Both the position numbers and the translations under genes were made by a program. Below, one piece after another: positions 1 to 9,945 of a stretch of 64,000 bases of DNA; the stretch's first letter is position 1; every line of letters begins with the position of its first letter. The DNA lies in the NCBI GenBank assembly GCA_051013385.1, contig CP143273.1, forward strand, positions 1,536,001 through 1,600,000. Direction: 5' to 3'. The notes beneath the pieces were generated by a model. It did no database searches, was not told the origin of the DNA, and was given only the letters and a program-made list of their open reading frames with translations. This DNA is from Phormidium sp. (GTDB lineage Bacteria; Cyanobacteriota; Cyanobacteriia; Cyanobacteriales; Aerosakkonemataceae).

Positions 1-612
1 TTGAGCAATTTCCGGCACGGTTTCCCAAAAGTTGATGATACTGTTACCGTCCGGTTCTTGCCCGATTTCTAGTCCTTGACTTTCAGAGCGTATGAAAACT
101 TCTATAGGTGAAGCTTGCAAGGGTTGACAATCTAACACTCGCACTTTAATTTCTTCTGTAATTTCTGATGGTAGTGCTTCTAAGAGTAAGTAGCGCTGCT
201 GCTGGTCTAAATATACTTTTGGAGAGAATTCAGATATTGATTTTGCTGAGTTGTTCTCTGGGGAATGGTCTGCGAATTCTTCTTCCCAGCTTACTTGAAT
301 TTCTGTTTTAACTGGTTGAGTTTCAGTAAGTATATTAGGCTGTTTATCGCCAAGTTTCTCGCTTTGAGCAGCTGCTATCAATTCAGGATTGGCTGTTTTG
401 TTTTGTTCCTGAATCTGAGTTACGGTGCGAGGCGAAATGATTGCTTGCCAAACTGTTCCGGTAAATGCGGCACATTTGGGGCATTCTTGGGCGCTGTAAC
501 TAACTTGTGCGCCACATTCGGGACAAGCTTTGTGGGTGAGGGAAGCGCCACATTGCTGGCAAAATTTATTGGTGATTGGGTTTTCAAATTGACATTGTGG
601 ACAGTAAAGCAT
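1..612 (-). CDS. N-terminal part of a double zinc-ribbon protein, probably the cyanobacterial PP2C-type Ser/Thr phosphatase family (runs off the window edge)
   Basis: Not in the ORF track. Manual translation from ATG at 612 gives MLYCPQCQFENPITNKFCQQCGASLTHKACPECGAQVSYSAQECPKCAAFTGTVWQAII, with four CxxC pairs. The catalytic domain would lie outside the window, so the phosphatase call is from recall of this N-terminus. Confidence 0.7.
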   Translation of the reverse strand, partial: MLYCPQCQFENPITNKFCQQCGASLTHKACPECGAQVSYSAQECPKCAAFTGTVWQAIISPRTVTQIQEQNKTANPELIAAAQSEKLGDKQPNILTETQPVKTEIQVSWEEEFADHSPENNSAKSISEFSPKVYLDQQQRYLLLEALPSEITEEIKVRVLDCQPLQASPIEVFIRSESQGLEIGQEPDGNSIINFWETVPEIAQ

Positions 613-687
613 TTGAGGATTTCCTCAATTTCGAGGATGGATAGAAAAAGCTAACAGGGTTAATGGGGCTAAAGTTGGATACGAGCG

Positions 688-786
688 CTAGTGCAAGAAG
701 GCTCCAAGGCTTTAAGGCAAGAAAGCTTATACAAGGCTTAATCACTTATTGTTAACTGTATAGTTATTTTTGCCACCCTGCACTAG
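688..786. mobile_element. Small MITE-like element
   Basis: Inverted ends CTAGTGCA (688) and TGCACTAG (786). No coding capacity. Confidence 0.5.
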
Positions 787-831
787 GGTAAAGAAGTAGA
801 GTTAGAGATCTTTGTTTATTTTTGACGTACT

Positions 832-965
832 GGCTCTCCCGTACTTGTGGTGGAAAACCCTACTTTTGGGGACTGGGGACTGGGGACTAGGGACTGGGAT
901 TTCTTATGGACTAAACACTTTCCTAATTAATTAGGTTTACTTATCACCATGACTACGGGAGAGCC
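832..965. mobile_element. MITE with 21-bp imperfect terminal inverted repeats, containing a GGGGACT heptamer tract
   Basis: GGCTCTCCCGTACTTGTGGTG at 832 versus the reverse complement of 945-965, GGCTCTCCCGTAGTCATGGTG (18/21). No matching target duplication. Confidence 0.6.
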
Positions 966-1366
966 GTGAAAGGGATTGCAGGAAAACCTTTTCTTTTGTA
1001 AATGCCAGAGGTTTTGTAAACTGTAAATGAATCGCCTTTCTTTTTAGTTTTCTGTTGCGGAAAACCGCTTAATCCTTCCCTCCATCTAGACAAGGCTTTT
1101 TTCAAATCGATGAAAGCTGACTGATACACGGTGGATGGGTATTTCTTTGCCCAGGCATATTCAGGCATCTTCATAATTACTTGGGTGAAGACTTGTTTGA
1201 TGGTATCTATTCTTTTGGAATCGCCGAGTTTAATCTCCTCAAAACTCCAACTGGCGATTACCATAGAGAGTCCTAAGTTGTAGACGAATCTGCGAAAGCC
1301 AGCCATGCCACGCATTAAAGAGGTTTCTTTTTTATTTAGTTTTAACTCTCTTTTGATTGCGTACAT
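953..1366 (-). pseudogene. tnpB: Truncated TnpB (IS200/IS605/IS607-type), N-terminal HTH region only
   Basis: MYAIKRELKLN...AGFRRFVYNLGL...YQSAFIDLKKA...GFP matches a TnpB N-terminus. No RuvC or zinc finger. The stop codon lies inside the MITE inverted repeat. Confidence 0.8.
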
Positions 1367-1638
1367 TGCCCACCCTCAAACCTGCTATTTTTATAACATA
1401 AAGGATCGTCAACTACTACATAATATTAGACAATTACCCAAGTAGTGTTTGATTGGATAGATACATTGCCTGTTGAGCGCAACTTCCCCAAAATAGCTAA
1501 GTTTGATGAGGAATGAGCAGTAATTTGGCTATTTATTCAAGGTCCTTTCCCATTGTTGCATTTTGAATTGCGATCGATGGGGATTGCTGCTAAAACTTCT
1601 CTAAAAATTTAAAGAAAGAATTTAGATTTGGGTAGTCG

Positions 1639-2274
1639 TTAATTTACTTTGTTCAGATGCAATAATGGTTTTAGTTCTTCTGGAGTTAACTCTCGCCACT
1701 CTCCTGGTGCTAAACCTTCCCAACCCAGATGAGCAATTGCTACTCTGACTAATCTTAAGGTAGGATAACCGACTGCTGCTGTCATTCTTCGGACTTGTCG
1801 ATTTCTACCTTCTGTGAGTGTCATCTCTAACCAAGCTGTGGGTACGTTTTTGCGAAACCGAATTGGCGGATCGCGGGGTGGTAATATGGGTTCGGTGGGC
1901 AAAAGTTCTACCAATGCTGGTCTTGTTTGGTAGTCTTGGATTTTTACTCCTTGGCGAAGTTGGTTGAGGGCGGTTGGTGAGGGAATTCTTTCTACTTGTA
2001 CCCAGTAGGTGCGTGGGTGTTTGTAGCGGCGATCGCTCAAAAAATGTTGTAATTTACCATCATTTGTCAGTAATAGTAGTCCTTCGCTGTCTTGGTCTAA
2101 ACGTCCTACTGGATATATTTCGGGAATAGAAATATAGTCTTTCAGGGTTTGTCTAGTTTTATCAGCACTTTGCTTTTCGTCTGTAAACTGGCACAAGACG
2201 TTGTATGGTTTGTAAAAAAGTATATATTTATGTACCACGTTCTGCTGAGTTGCTGTTTCGCAGTTAAATAGCAA
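1639..2274 (-). CDS. rluE: rRNA pseudouridine synthase, RsuA/RluE family (true start probably the GTG near 2238)
   Basis: Motifs [29 protein letters not shown] and [21 protein letters not shown]. Confidence 0.85.
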   Translation of the reverse strand: MLFNCETATQQNVVHKYILFYKPYNVLCQFTDEKQSADKTRQTLKDYISIPEIYPVGRLDQDSEGLLLLTNDGKLQHFLSDRRYKHPRTYWVQVERIPSPTALNQLRQGVKIQDYQTRPALVELLPTEPILPPRDPPIRFRKNVPTAWLEMTLTEGRNRQVRRMTAAVGYPTLRLVRVAIAHLGWEGLAPGEWRELTPEELKPLLHLNKVN

Positions 2275-2492
2275 TTCTCATGCTCATGAGAGCGAAAGTT
2301 TCTGGTTTAGGGAAAAGGTAACAAAAAATCAAACTTGGGTATACCTCACAAGGCAAGAGAAAGGCTATATATAATTCACCAATTTTACCACTTTCCCGCC
2401 AGAAGACTGCCGTCACAGCAATGCTTGACGGTCAAAGCCCCATTGTGAATTATTATCAATTTTCAAAGCAAATCTGCGATTAAAAATCGTTT

Positions 2493-2876
2493 TTAACTGG
2501 CTTTTTCCAGTTCAGCGAATATGGTTTTTTCCAAGGGACAAACACAAGCATCTTCTTTTAACCAGTGTTGTCCGACACGATATAAGGCACTCATCACTGG
2601 TTGAATTTCTCTGCCTTTTTCTGTGAGTGAGTATTCTACGCGAGGCGGAATTTCTGGATAGACTTGGCGTTGCACTAAACCGTATGCTTCTAATTCGCGC
2701 AGTCGAATGGTTAATGTTTTACTGCTAATTCCTGGTAAGGCATCTAAAAACTGGTGCGTGCGGCGATCGCCTAAGAAAAGTTCTCGCAGAATTAGGATAG
2801 ACCACTTATTGCCAATCAAGTCTAAGGTAAACTGAATTGGGCATTTGTTTTCCAAGCAATCTTTAGTATCTAACAT
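2493..2876 (-). CDS. HxlR-family winged-helix transcriptional regulator
   Basis: CPIQFTLDLIGNKWSILILREL...LPGISSKTLTIRLRELE...PPRVEYSLTEKG. Start reset to the ATG at 2876. Confidence 0.9.
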   Translation of the reverse strand: MLDTKDCLENKCPIQFTLDLIGNKWSILILRELFLGDRRTHQFLDALPGISSKTLTIRLRELEAYGLVQRQVYPEIPPRVEYSLTEKGREIQPVMSALYRVGQHWLKEDACVCPLEKTIFAELEKAS

Positions 2877-3275
2877 GATCTGCCTGTAAATTCTCTGGAT
2901 TCGGTTTCTGTTTCTCGATTCTATTTTAAAAACTTTTATACTTTTACTTGCGGTTTTTTGCAAATCTTTACCATTTAACTTTTTATTTCACATCTTAATC
3001 TGCCCTACAAGAAAGCTTTATTTAGGCGACAATTCCTCTTATTCACAGTGACAAGTAGGATTATAGGATACGGCTGACTGAGAGCTTAATTCTTTATAAA
3101 ATACTCTAGGAGCGCGCCAACTGGCTATAAAATCAAAGCATTTCCCATTTTTTATCTTGTTACAATTCCTAACTTTTCCAGAGAAACTTAGCAAGTTGTC
3201 AAAATATTTTTTTAACTAAGTGAGATATTTTGGGTGGTTTTATCTCTAAAAATACCACTGAAAATAACTAAATTA

Positions 3276-3788
3276 TCACTCAATTTCTGTGGCTAACCAT
3301 TGCCATTCAATAATTATAGAATTCGGGATTTTTAGAGTAATATTTTTCTTTTGTGTTAGGGGTATAGTGAGTTTTAAAAAGCTATTTTGCGGTAGTTGAG
3401 CAATTAAATTCGTAACGTTATACTGACCAACGTTAGGGGCAGGAGATTCTGTTGCAAACAAATCTGTTGCTGTGAGTAATTTACTGCTGTTAGTGGTAAT
3501 TTCTAATGCTTGAGGATGGGCAATCTCCACTATACCGGGAAAACCTACTAACCGGAGAATAAATTGCGGCGATCGATCGGGCGGAAATTGTTTAAAAAGT
3601 ACGACTTGCCAAGAGTATCCTGTAGCATCCCGGAGGGAATGTTGGGATTGATATCGCATTACTCCGGGTGCATCTTGATATTCGCGGAGAACTGCGATCG
3701 CAGGAGGACAAATTAAGTTAACTGGAATACAGAAAAACAGCAATACCAACCCACATAATAATATGAATCGAGAAACTAACTTTTCCAT
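3276..3788 (-). CDS. Conserved cyanobacterial exported protein (DUF3122-like)
   Basis: Hydrophobic N-terminus and the SLRD..G.SWQVVLFK...LRLVGFPG motif. Confidence 0.7.
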   Translation of the reverse strand: MEKLVSRFILLCGLVLLFFCIPVNLICPPAIAVLREYQDAPGVMRYQSQHSLRDATGYSWQVVLFKQFPPDRSPQFILRLVGFPGIVEIAHPQALEITTNSSKLLTATDLFATESPAPNVGQYNVTNLIAQLPQNSFLKLTIPLTQKKNITLKIPNSIIIEWQWLATEIE

Positions 3789-3803
3789 AGTTAAGGATGA
3801 GAA

Positions 3804-4598
3804 TTAAGCGATCGCCCCTTTTAAACTCTGACAAAATTCGCCAATAGCTGTTAATCCTGTTTCTGGTGTACCATCTGCCAAACGCTTGACAAAAGCGCTT
3901 CCCACAATAGCCGCATCTGCACCCCAATCTTTAACTTGTTTGGCCTGTTCCGGTGCAGAAATCCCAAAACCGACACCTATAGGTTTATCAGTAGTTTGGC
4001 GCATTTGTTGGAGTAAATCTGCCACTCGTGACTCTAATCTTGATCGCATTCCGGTAACACCTGTTACACTCACCAAGTAAATAAAACCTTGGGACTTTTG
4101 GGCGATCGCTTTTATCCTTTCTGGAGAACTAGTTGGTGCTACTAATAAAATTACCTCAATGCCCCATTCACTAGCTGGTTTAAGTAAACTTTCGGCTTCT
4201 TCCAAAGGTAAATCGGGAACAACTAAACCTTTGACTCCCACTTGAGAAAGTTGCTGCAAAAACTTTTCAATTCCCCGGTGAATAATCGGATTGTAATAAG
4301 TAAATAATACTATGGGCGCTGTTAATTCTGGGATGACATTGCCTAACATTTTAAGTACATCATCCAACTTTGTACCCTTTTGTAAGGCTCTAGTTGCTGC
4401 GGCTTGAATTACTGGCCCATCGGCTAAAGGATCGGAATAGGGTACACCCAATTCAATAATATCAGCACCATTGCGATCGAGAACCTTTAACGCAAGAGCC
4501 GTCGTTTGCAAATCCGGATCGCCAGCGGTAATAAAAGGAATTAAAGCGCATTGGGATTGAGAGCGTAAAGACTGGAAGCGATCGGAAATAGATGTCAT
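3804..4598 (-). CDS. trpA: Tryptophan synthase alpha chain
   Basis: [45 protein letters not shown]. Confidence 0.98.
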   Translation of the reverse strand: MTSISDRFQSLRSQSQCALIPFITAGDPDLQTTALALKVLDRNGADIIELGVPYSDPLADGPVIQAAATRALQKGTKLDDVLKMLGNVIPELTAPIVLFTYYNPIIHRGIEKFLQQLSQVGVKGLVVPDLPLEEAESLLKPASEWGIEVILLVAPTSSPERIKAIAQKSQGFIYLVSVTGVTGMRSRLESRVADLLQQMRQTTDKPIGVGFGISAPEQAKQVKDWGADAAIVGSAFVKRLADGTPETGLTAIGEFCQSLKGAIA

Positions 4599-4699
4599 TT
4601 TCTCAAAAGTAATAAATCAAAAACTCAATTAATAGCGGTTAGCTGCTGGATGTCAATCTTAGCATTCTGCCTACACCCAGCTACTAACCACTAAGCAAA

Positions 4700-5002
4700 C
4701 TATTTTTTTTCTTGTTCAATTTCTGCCTGGAGCTTTTCTAGTTCTTCAGGAGTCATTTCTTCGAGGCGCTTTTGCAAAACCGCCTCTTCATAATCTTTCA
4801 ATTGCTGATTGTAAGTCATCTGTTTAGTACTAGCCCGAAACAAATAAGTCAGCAACCAACCAATTAACCCAAAAATCAGCAAAGCCTGACTCCAAATCCC
4901 CGCTTGCTGACTATCTAAGCCTACCAGTTGTAGCAGTAGGAAAGCTAATCCACCAGCCAGGAAAATTCCCAAGCCTATATAAATAATGTCAATCCGACGC
5001 AT
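4700..5002 (-). CDS. DUF3007-family membrane protein
   Basis: Two transmembrane segments plus MTY.QQL.DYEEAVLQKRLEEMTPEEL. Usual position between ndhL and trpA. Confidence 0.85.
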   Translation of the reverse strand: MRRIDIIYIGLGIFLAGGLAFLLLQLVGLDSQQAGIWSQALLIFGLIGWLLTYLFRASTKQMTYNQQLKDYEEAVLQKRLEEMTPEELEKLQAEIEQEKK

Positions 5003-5025
5003 TTAGAGTTGACCAATAGTAAATT

Positions 5026-5238
5026 TTATGCTTCAACTTGTCGCCGCTTAGGTCGGAAATTCAAAAACGGCGCGAGTACCAACAATCCGGGAAAAAAGAA
5101 GAACACCAGAAAGTACATAAAACCGCGCTCGAAAGAGGTACAAGTATACCAGCGTTTTTGCATATAGAAAAACACCAGCAAAGGAGCTACCACCAAATAA
5201 GCTCCACCCAGAATTAAATACAAAAGTGCAATCAGCAT
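5026..5238 (-). CDS. ndhL: NDH-1 subunit L
   Basis: LYLIL.GAYLVV.P...KRWY...[31 protein letters not shown]. Confidence 0.95.
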   Translation of the reverse strand: MLIALLYLILGGAYLVVAPLLVFFYMQKRWYTCTSFERGFMYFLVFFFFPGLLVLAPFLNFRPKRRQVEA

Positions 5239-5479
5239 AGTTTTTCTTGTCTACAGCAGCAACAACACTAAGCGCGGTAGGTAAGGGTACTCGATCATTT
5301 TACAGGTTATTGGTCTAAAGAGGGAACGGGGAACGGGGACTCTTGAGACGCGGAGAATTTTGACCTTCTGCCTTCTGCCGTAGGTTCCCAAAAATTTTTT
5401 CTAAACAATTGTGCAAATTCAGATTTTTGCGGTAAGATGAATATCCAACCGAAAAAGGCTGGAATTTAAAGCCGAGTTC

Positions 5480-5810
5480 GGGGGTGTGGCGGAATGGTAG
5501 ACGCTACGGACTTAGAAAACTGAGCCTTGGAGGAGAAATCCTGCAAGTGACGGCTCTCAAATTCAGGGAAACCTAAATCTGGTGACAGATATGGCAATCC
5601 TGAGCCAAGCCAAAAGGGTAAAGAGTAAAATCAGAACTTTTTGGAAGGTGCAGAGACTCGACGGGAGCTACCCTAACGTAAAGCCGAGGGTAAAGGGAGA
5701 GTCCAATTCTCAAAGCCTGAGTTAGAGTTTCAGGCAGTAGCGAAAGCTGCGAGAGAATGAAAATCCGTTGACCGTAAAAGGTCGTGAGGGTTCAAGTCCC
5801 TCTGCCCCCA
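5480..5810 (+). tRNA. trnL: tRNA-Leu(UAA), split by an intron (exon 1 5480-5513, exon 2 5760-5810)
   Basis: GGGGGTGTGGCGGAATGGTAGACGCTACGGACTT | AAAATCCGTTGACCGTAAAAGGTCGTGAGGGTTCAAGTCCCTCTGCCCCCA. Anticodon stem ACGGA/TCCGT, long variable arm, T-loop GTTCAAG. Confidence 0.97.
5514..5759 (+). ncRNA. Group I self-splicing intron of tRNA-Leu(UAA), 246 nt, no ORF
   Basis: Core elements AATTCAGGGAAACCTAA, AATCCTGAGC, GTGCAGAGACTCGACGGG and GAGAGTCC, with terminal G (GAGAATG). Inserted after the wobble U. Confidence 0.95.
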
Positions 5811-6211
5811 TAATCGTATAAGGTTTAATAGATAAGATAAGCAGTTACCGAAATTAGCCTGGTAACTGCTTTGTGATTTTTCTGAGGACGATCGCAATAA
5901 TGACCTGAATAGCAATTAATTAGAAAATAATTATTAAAAAATATTAAGATAGAAAAAAATAGCAAGTAAATATTAGAACATAGACAGAAAATATATAGGC
6001 TATTGTGACATATCACTGGAAAGGGCGATTCAATAGTTATAAAGTTCTGGTATAAGTGAAGCTCTGCTTTAGAATCAAAACTGTTAAGTACAGATCTTGT
6101 ACAATTGAGGTACTCTAAGTTAGACTGCAACAAAATGAAATCAGGGTGCCCGTAGCGTTATTCGACACAATCAAATTATTAGGAAGCACTACCACTTCAG
6201 GCAGATTAAAC

Positions 6212-7597
6212 ATGAATCATCAACCTTCGGTGCATGATCAGGACACTTCTATCCAACTAAACAGTCAAGGTTCACGTCTACAAAGGTCACAGGATATTAT
6301 TTATAGGTTTCTGCTTAACATTGTTAGGCAGTGGCCTCCTGAAATGGTATTACAAGAATTTAAAAACCTGTTTATTTATCAAACAGAAGTAGCTAAGCAG
6401 GAAGTTATTCAAGCTCTGTACAAGATTGTTTTTGAAAATGACGAAAGTGAGTTTAGAAATACACTCAAACGTTCTTGCTATATTTTAATTAACAATTGGG
6501 ATGCCACTAGAAGACGGAAATCAATTCAAGATTTAATTGAAGCTTTTGATGAGCCGAAAATCCATGAAGAAACTATTTCCCAAAATTTGAATCGGATTCG
6601 GTATTGGCTGAGTAATTTTATTAAAAGTAAGGATTATCAAGAACTGAAGTTATTTGCTTCGCGTTTTGATACAGAAGGACATTGGGCGCATCGTTATGCT
6701 TGTTATCTTTTAGTGCCACAATATATGGATTTGAGGAATCCAGAAGAACAGAGAGCAGCTGCTAAGGCACTTTCTAAAGAATTAAAAGATAAGTTTAAAT
6801 TTGATTTGGCTATGTATACTGCTTATACGCAGTCTGCTGGCAGCAATCACAGGAATTTAGTAAATCCTACAGGTTTGGGTGATGATGTTTTACGTCTGAT
6901 TAAGAGAATTTTAGTCAAGCGTGGCCCTTTTAGTTACACCAATTTGGCGAATATTTTTCAGAAACAGACGCAGAACATGAACTATAAATTATATAAGAAA
7001 AGCCTGAGCAATTATTTACTTTTTTCCGTAAAAAACCCAAGAGTTGTTAATCTCTTCAATCAAAATTTGTCAGCTAAGTTAGAGACAATGTATGACCAAC
7101 ATGATGAAGACTTATTAAATCCGGCATTGATTTTAAGAAGTTGCAATCGTGTGATTGATTTTTTGACGACTGAAAACAGACAAGACCCCGCAGAATTATT
7201 TGTTTTACTGTTGTCCCAAGGAAATCCGTTAACTTTGGTAGTAGTGTTATTAAAAATTATTTTAATCTCTGGGAATTCGCGATCGCACTTAGAGACTTGT
7301 CTTGCCACGTTAATTGAGTACTATCAGAAATATCCCGAAGCTGAATGCCAGTGGATTATTTACTTTTTGGAGTTATTTAATATTACCTTTGCCATTTATG
7401 CGGAGAATGTGGAATACAATTTAGTGAATATGCAGGATGACAATGGTAATAGGTCTAGTAACGATGGCAACTGGAATTGGAATACTTGGAGAATTTTTTC
7501 TCAACTTAAGCAAGATCATAAAATACCCAGCTATCTTGTTGATGAAAAACAATTAGAAGAAGAAGTGAACAAAGAAGGATTACCTACCGAAGGGTGA
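6212..7597 (+). CDS. Conserved hypothetical alpha-helical protein (ORF track start 6146; ATG 6212 more likely)
   Basis: Long ORF with no catalytic motif recognised. Confidence 0.7.
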   Translation: MNHQPSVHDQDTSIQLNSQGSRLQRSQDIIYRFLLNIVRQWPPEMVLQEFKNLFIYQTEVAKQEVIQALYKIVFENDESEFRNTLKRSCYILINNWDATRRRKSIQDLIEAFDEPKIHEETISQNLNRIRYWLSNFIKSKDYQELKLFASRFDTEGHWAHRYACYLLVPQYMDLRNPEEQRAAAKALSKELKDKFKFDLAMYTAYTQSAGSNHRNLVNPTGLGDDVLRLIKRILVKRGPFSYTNLANIFQKQTQNMNYKLYKKSLSNYLLFSVKNPRVVNLFNQNLSAKLETMYDQHDEDLLNPALILRSCNRVIDFLTTENRQDPAELFVLLLSQGNPLTLVVVLLKIILISGNSRSHLETCLATLIEYYQKYPEAECQWIIYFLELFNITFAIYAENVEYNLVNMQDDNGNRSSNDGNWNWNTWRIFSQLKQDHKIPSYLVDEKQLEEEVNKEGLPTEG

Positions 7598-7628
7598 TTA
7601 CACAGTAGCCTCTATTATGCTGAAACTT

Positions 7629-7671
7629 TTTGGATTATTAATTTCCCTATTCTAGAGATTAATAATCCAAA
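7629..7671 (+). terminator. Probable intrinsic terminator hairpin
   Basis: TTTGGATTATTAAT...ATTAATAATCCAAA followed by TTTT, downstream of 7597. Confidence 0.5.
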
Positions 7672-7998
7672 TTTTGTCTATGTCAGGACTTACGCAACTG
7701 GCACAATCAGTAGGGTGTTCTACTAAGATCAAACCCTGATTCTATCGAGCAAATCTAGTGTCTGACGCACCCGACAATTCGATGCAAATGTAATACGCAG
7801 CTTTAGTCTTGTATGTCTCAAGGATGAGTTCTTGGGTTAAAGATTCTCTAGCTGAAGATTGATGATGGTTCAGATTTAATTTTGCACCATCATAGTAAAG
7901 CTATGCAGTTAGCTTGCACAAAACAAATCAGATATCTCAATAGTTTTGGATTCTATTGAAAATCTGAAAATACTTAATAAAAGGGAGAGAAATTTAAC

Positions 7999-8304
7999 AT
8001 GAAATCTAACAAACTGTCCAAGTTTATCGGCGCTGGCTTAGTAAGTTTAAGTTTAGCTTCTTTACCTCTGGCATTACCTGTTTCCGCTCAAACTGGTACA
8101 ACCACTGATACAACTACTGGTGGTACTAATACCACTACTGGGACTGCTGATTACAGCAGAGACAACAGAGACGGTTTTGATTGGGGTTGGTTGGGTTTAC
8201 TAGGTTTAATTGGTTTAGCTGGTTTAGCTGGTCGCAACAAACATGAAGAACCAGTGCGTTACCGTGAACCTGATGAAGCGTCTCGTCCAGGTACCAGATA
8301 TTAA
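7999..8304 (+). CDS. Small exported protein with WGxxGxxG C-terminal sorting motif
   Basis: Signal peptide ending VSA-Q, Thr/Gly-rich linker, then FDWGWLGLLGLIGLAGLAGRNK. Confidence 0.85.
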   Translation: MKSNKLSKFIGAGLVSLSLASLPLALPVSAQTGTTTDTTTGGTNTTTGTADYSRDNRDGFDWGWLGLLGLIGLAGLAGRNKHEEPVRYREPDEASRPGTRY

Positions 8305-8333
8305 GTAAAGTCATAAGCAAAAATATCTGAGTG

Positions 8334-8366
8334 AAAGGGCTTTAGGAAATTGTCCTAAAGCTCTTT
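8334..8366 (+). terminator. Intrinsic terminator hairpin
   Basis: AAAGGGCTTTAGGA...TCCTAAAGCTCTTT. Confidence 0.6.
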
Positions 8367-8475
8367 GTTCTTATGACTCTCTCTCTAGTTAGAGAAATGT
8401 TTACTGAAACTTTCAAAAAGAATGTAACCTCAGTTAGATGGAGAATTTACTATTTAATTCTTATGTTAATAAGCG

Positions 8476-9075
8476 ATGGTAAAAAATAATGAGGACGGCT
8501 TAGTGAGAAGTTTAACTAATTTCTTTAAAAAGCTACGATTGGGCAGAGTATTGACGGTTTTCTTAGCAGGAATAGCGCTATTTTTTATGACTGCTTGTAA
8601 TAGTGGTGATATGACAGGCGCACGTCCAAATAATCCTCCCGTACAAGCTGGAGGCGCAAATAATCCTTACAAAAATGGTGGAGATGGTTACACCAATTTT
8701 AACGCATCTAGCGACCCAAGAGTGAACAGTGAAACTGTCAATAAAGAGCGTAACAATAGAGCAGATCTTCAGCTAGTTTCTCATCAGTTAATTGCTGCGA
8801 ATATTGAGAGCGACGCTTCAGATTTACTTTACCCTGGCTCTGATGCTACTAGCTCTAGAAATCCCGATATTGGCCCTAGAGGAGAGAGGGAATTAGAGAA
8901 ATCTGTTACTCAAATTCCTGAACCTCGGCAAGGGGTGATCGATCGCAGCGATCCCGATGCACAAATTTTAGAAAGAGTTGGGGAAACATTCAAAGACGCT
9001 TCAGCTTTTATCAAAGATAAATTGGGACAACCAACAGAACCAGAGTTGCAAGTTAACCCTGCTAAAGAAAGATAA
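8476..9075 (+). CDS. Putative lipoprotein (DUF6658-like)
   Basis: RVLTVFLAGIALFFMTAC lipobox-like signal and the GARPNNPPVQAGGANNPYKNGGDGYT motif. Confidence 0.65.
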   Translation: MVKNNEDGLVRSLTNFFKKLRLGRVLTVFLAGIALFFMTACNSGDMTGARPNNPPVQAGGANNPYKNGGDGYTNFNASSDPRVNSETVNKERNNRADLQLVSHQLIAANIESDASDLLYPGSDATSSRNPDIGPRGERELEKSVTQIPEPRQGVIDRSDPDAQILERVGETFKDASAFIKDKLGQPTEPELQVNPAKER

Positions 9076-9119
9076 TTTCTTTGCTAACTAAACATCAAAC
9101 AATCAACAAGGAGTAAAAC

Positions 9120-9743
9120 ATGAACAAAATAATTTCTTTTCTCAATCCTACTCGTTTGTTCCGAGTTTTAACTGTTTTTCTGGCTGGACTTTTAGTAATA
9201 GTTACCACTGCTTGTAGCGATGGCCCAGCAAACGCGCTAGACAAAAATGGCAGACCAGAAGTTCCGTCAAATGCTGTATCTTCTCCTTACAGAGGTGGGA
9301 TGAACGGTTATAGTGATGTCGATCCAAGAGCGAATACTTCCGGCCTAAATAGTAAGGCTAATGACATTGTAAATAAGGCGGAAGGAAATATCCAAAAGGG
9401 TGCTGACAGCTTTGAAAAATATGCCGACAACTATACCAGTGGTACACCGTTAAACGAAAGAGTTGAAAACCTGACAAAAGATATTGGTGAATCAACTAAA
9501 AACACGGCTAAAGATGTAACTAAGGGTACTCAACGTGGCGTAGAAAATGTGAAAGAAAATACCCAAAACGCTGCTAAATCTGTACCTAATGTTGTAGAAG
9601 AAGCCACACAAAATGCCAAAAATACTGCTCGTGATGCAGCTAAAGCAAGTGACAAAATTTCAAATTCTTTGAAATCTCAGGCAGACAAAGCTTTAGATAA
9701 TAGTCAGCGAGCTTTTAGTAACCACTCTGTAGATGTGGACTAA
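9120..9743 (+). CDS. Putative lipoprotein with LEA-like hydrophilic helical C-terminus
   Basis: RVLTVFLAGLLVIVTTAC lipobox-like signal, PYRGGMNGYSDVDPR motif, and a K/E/N/T/A-rich repetitive tail. Confidence 0.65.
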   Translation: MNKIISFLNPTRLFRVLTVFLAGLLVIVTTACSDGPANALDKNGRPEVPSNAVSSPYRGGMNGYSDVDPRANTSGLNSKANDIVNKAEGNIQKGADSFEKYADNYTSGTPLNERVENLTKDIGESTKNTAKDVTKGTQRGVENVKENTQNAAKSVPNVVEEATQNAKNTARDAAKASDKISNSLKSQADKALDNSQRAFSNHSVDVD

Positions 9744-9779
9744 TTAGCGATCGCTCATTGATCACCACTACAAATAACG

Positions 9780-9825
9780 AATCAGGTAAGTTTCAGGGGA
9801 ATTAATGTAAACTTACCTGATTTTT
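9780..9825 (+). terminator. Intrinsic terminator hairpin
   Basis: AATCAGGTAAGTTT...AAACTTACCTGATTTTT. Confidence 0.65.
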
Positions 9826-9835
9826 GTTTAGCTTA

Positions 9836-9940
9836 TAGGACTTACGCACCATAAGCCAAGAAACCCGGTTTTTCGTTACTACGAAGTACGCTGAAACAAC
9901 CCAATTACGTTAAAAAACCGGGTTGGGAGCGTAAGTCCTA
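9836..9940. mobile_element. MITE with TAGGACTTACGC inverted ends
   Basis: TAGGACTTACGC...GCGTAAGTCCTA flanked by direct repeat GCTTA (9831-9835 and 9941-9945). A degenerate end of the same family is near 7684. Confidence 0.75.
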
Positions 9941-9945
9941 GCTTA

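Noticed and set aside
265..654. 129-aa plus-strand ORF
   Set aside because: Antisense shadow of the zinc-ribbon gene at 1-612 on the minus strand.
5730..6133. Two minus-strand ORFs (61 and 102 aa)
   Set aside because: They overlap the tRNA or AT-rich promoter DNA and have no protein-like motifs.
5810..7600. Integrative element at tRNA-Leu
   Set aside because: No integrase and no duplicated tRNA 3' end seen in the window.
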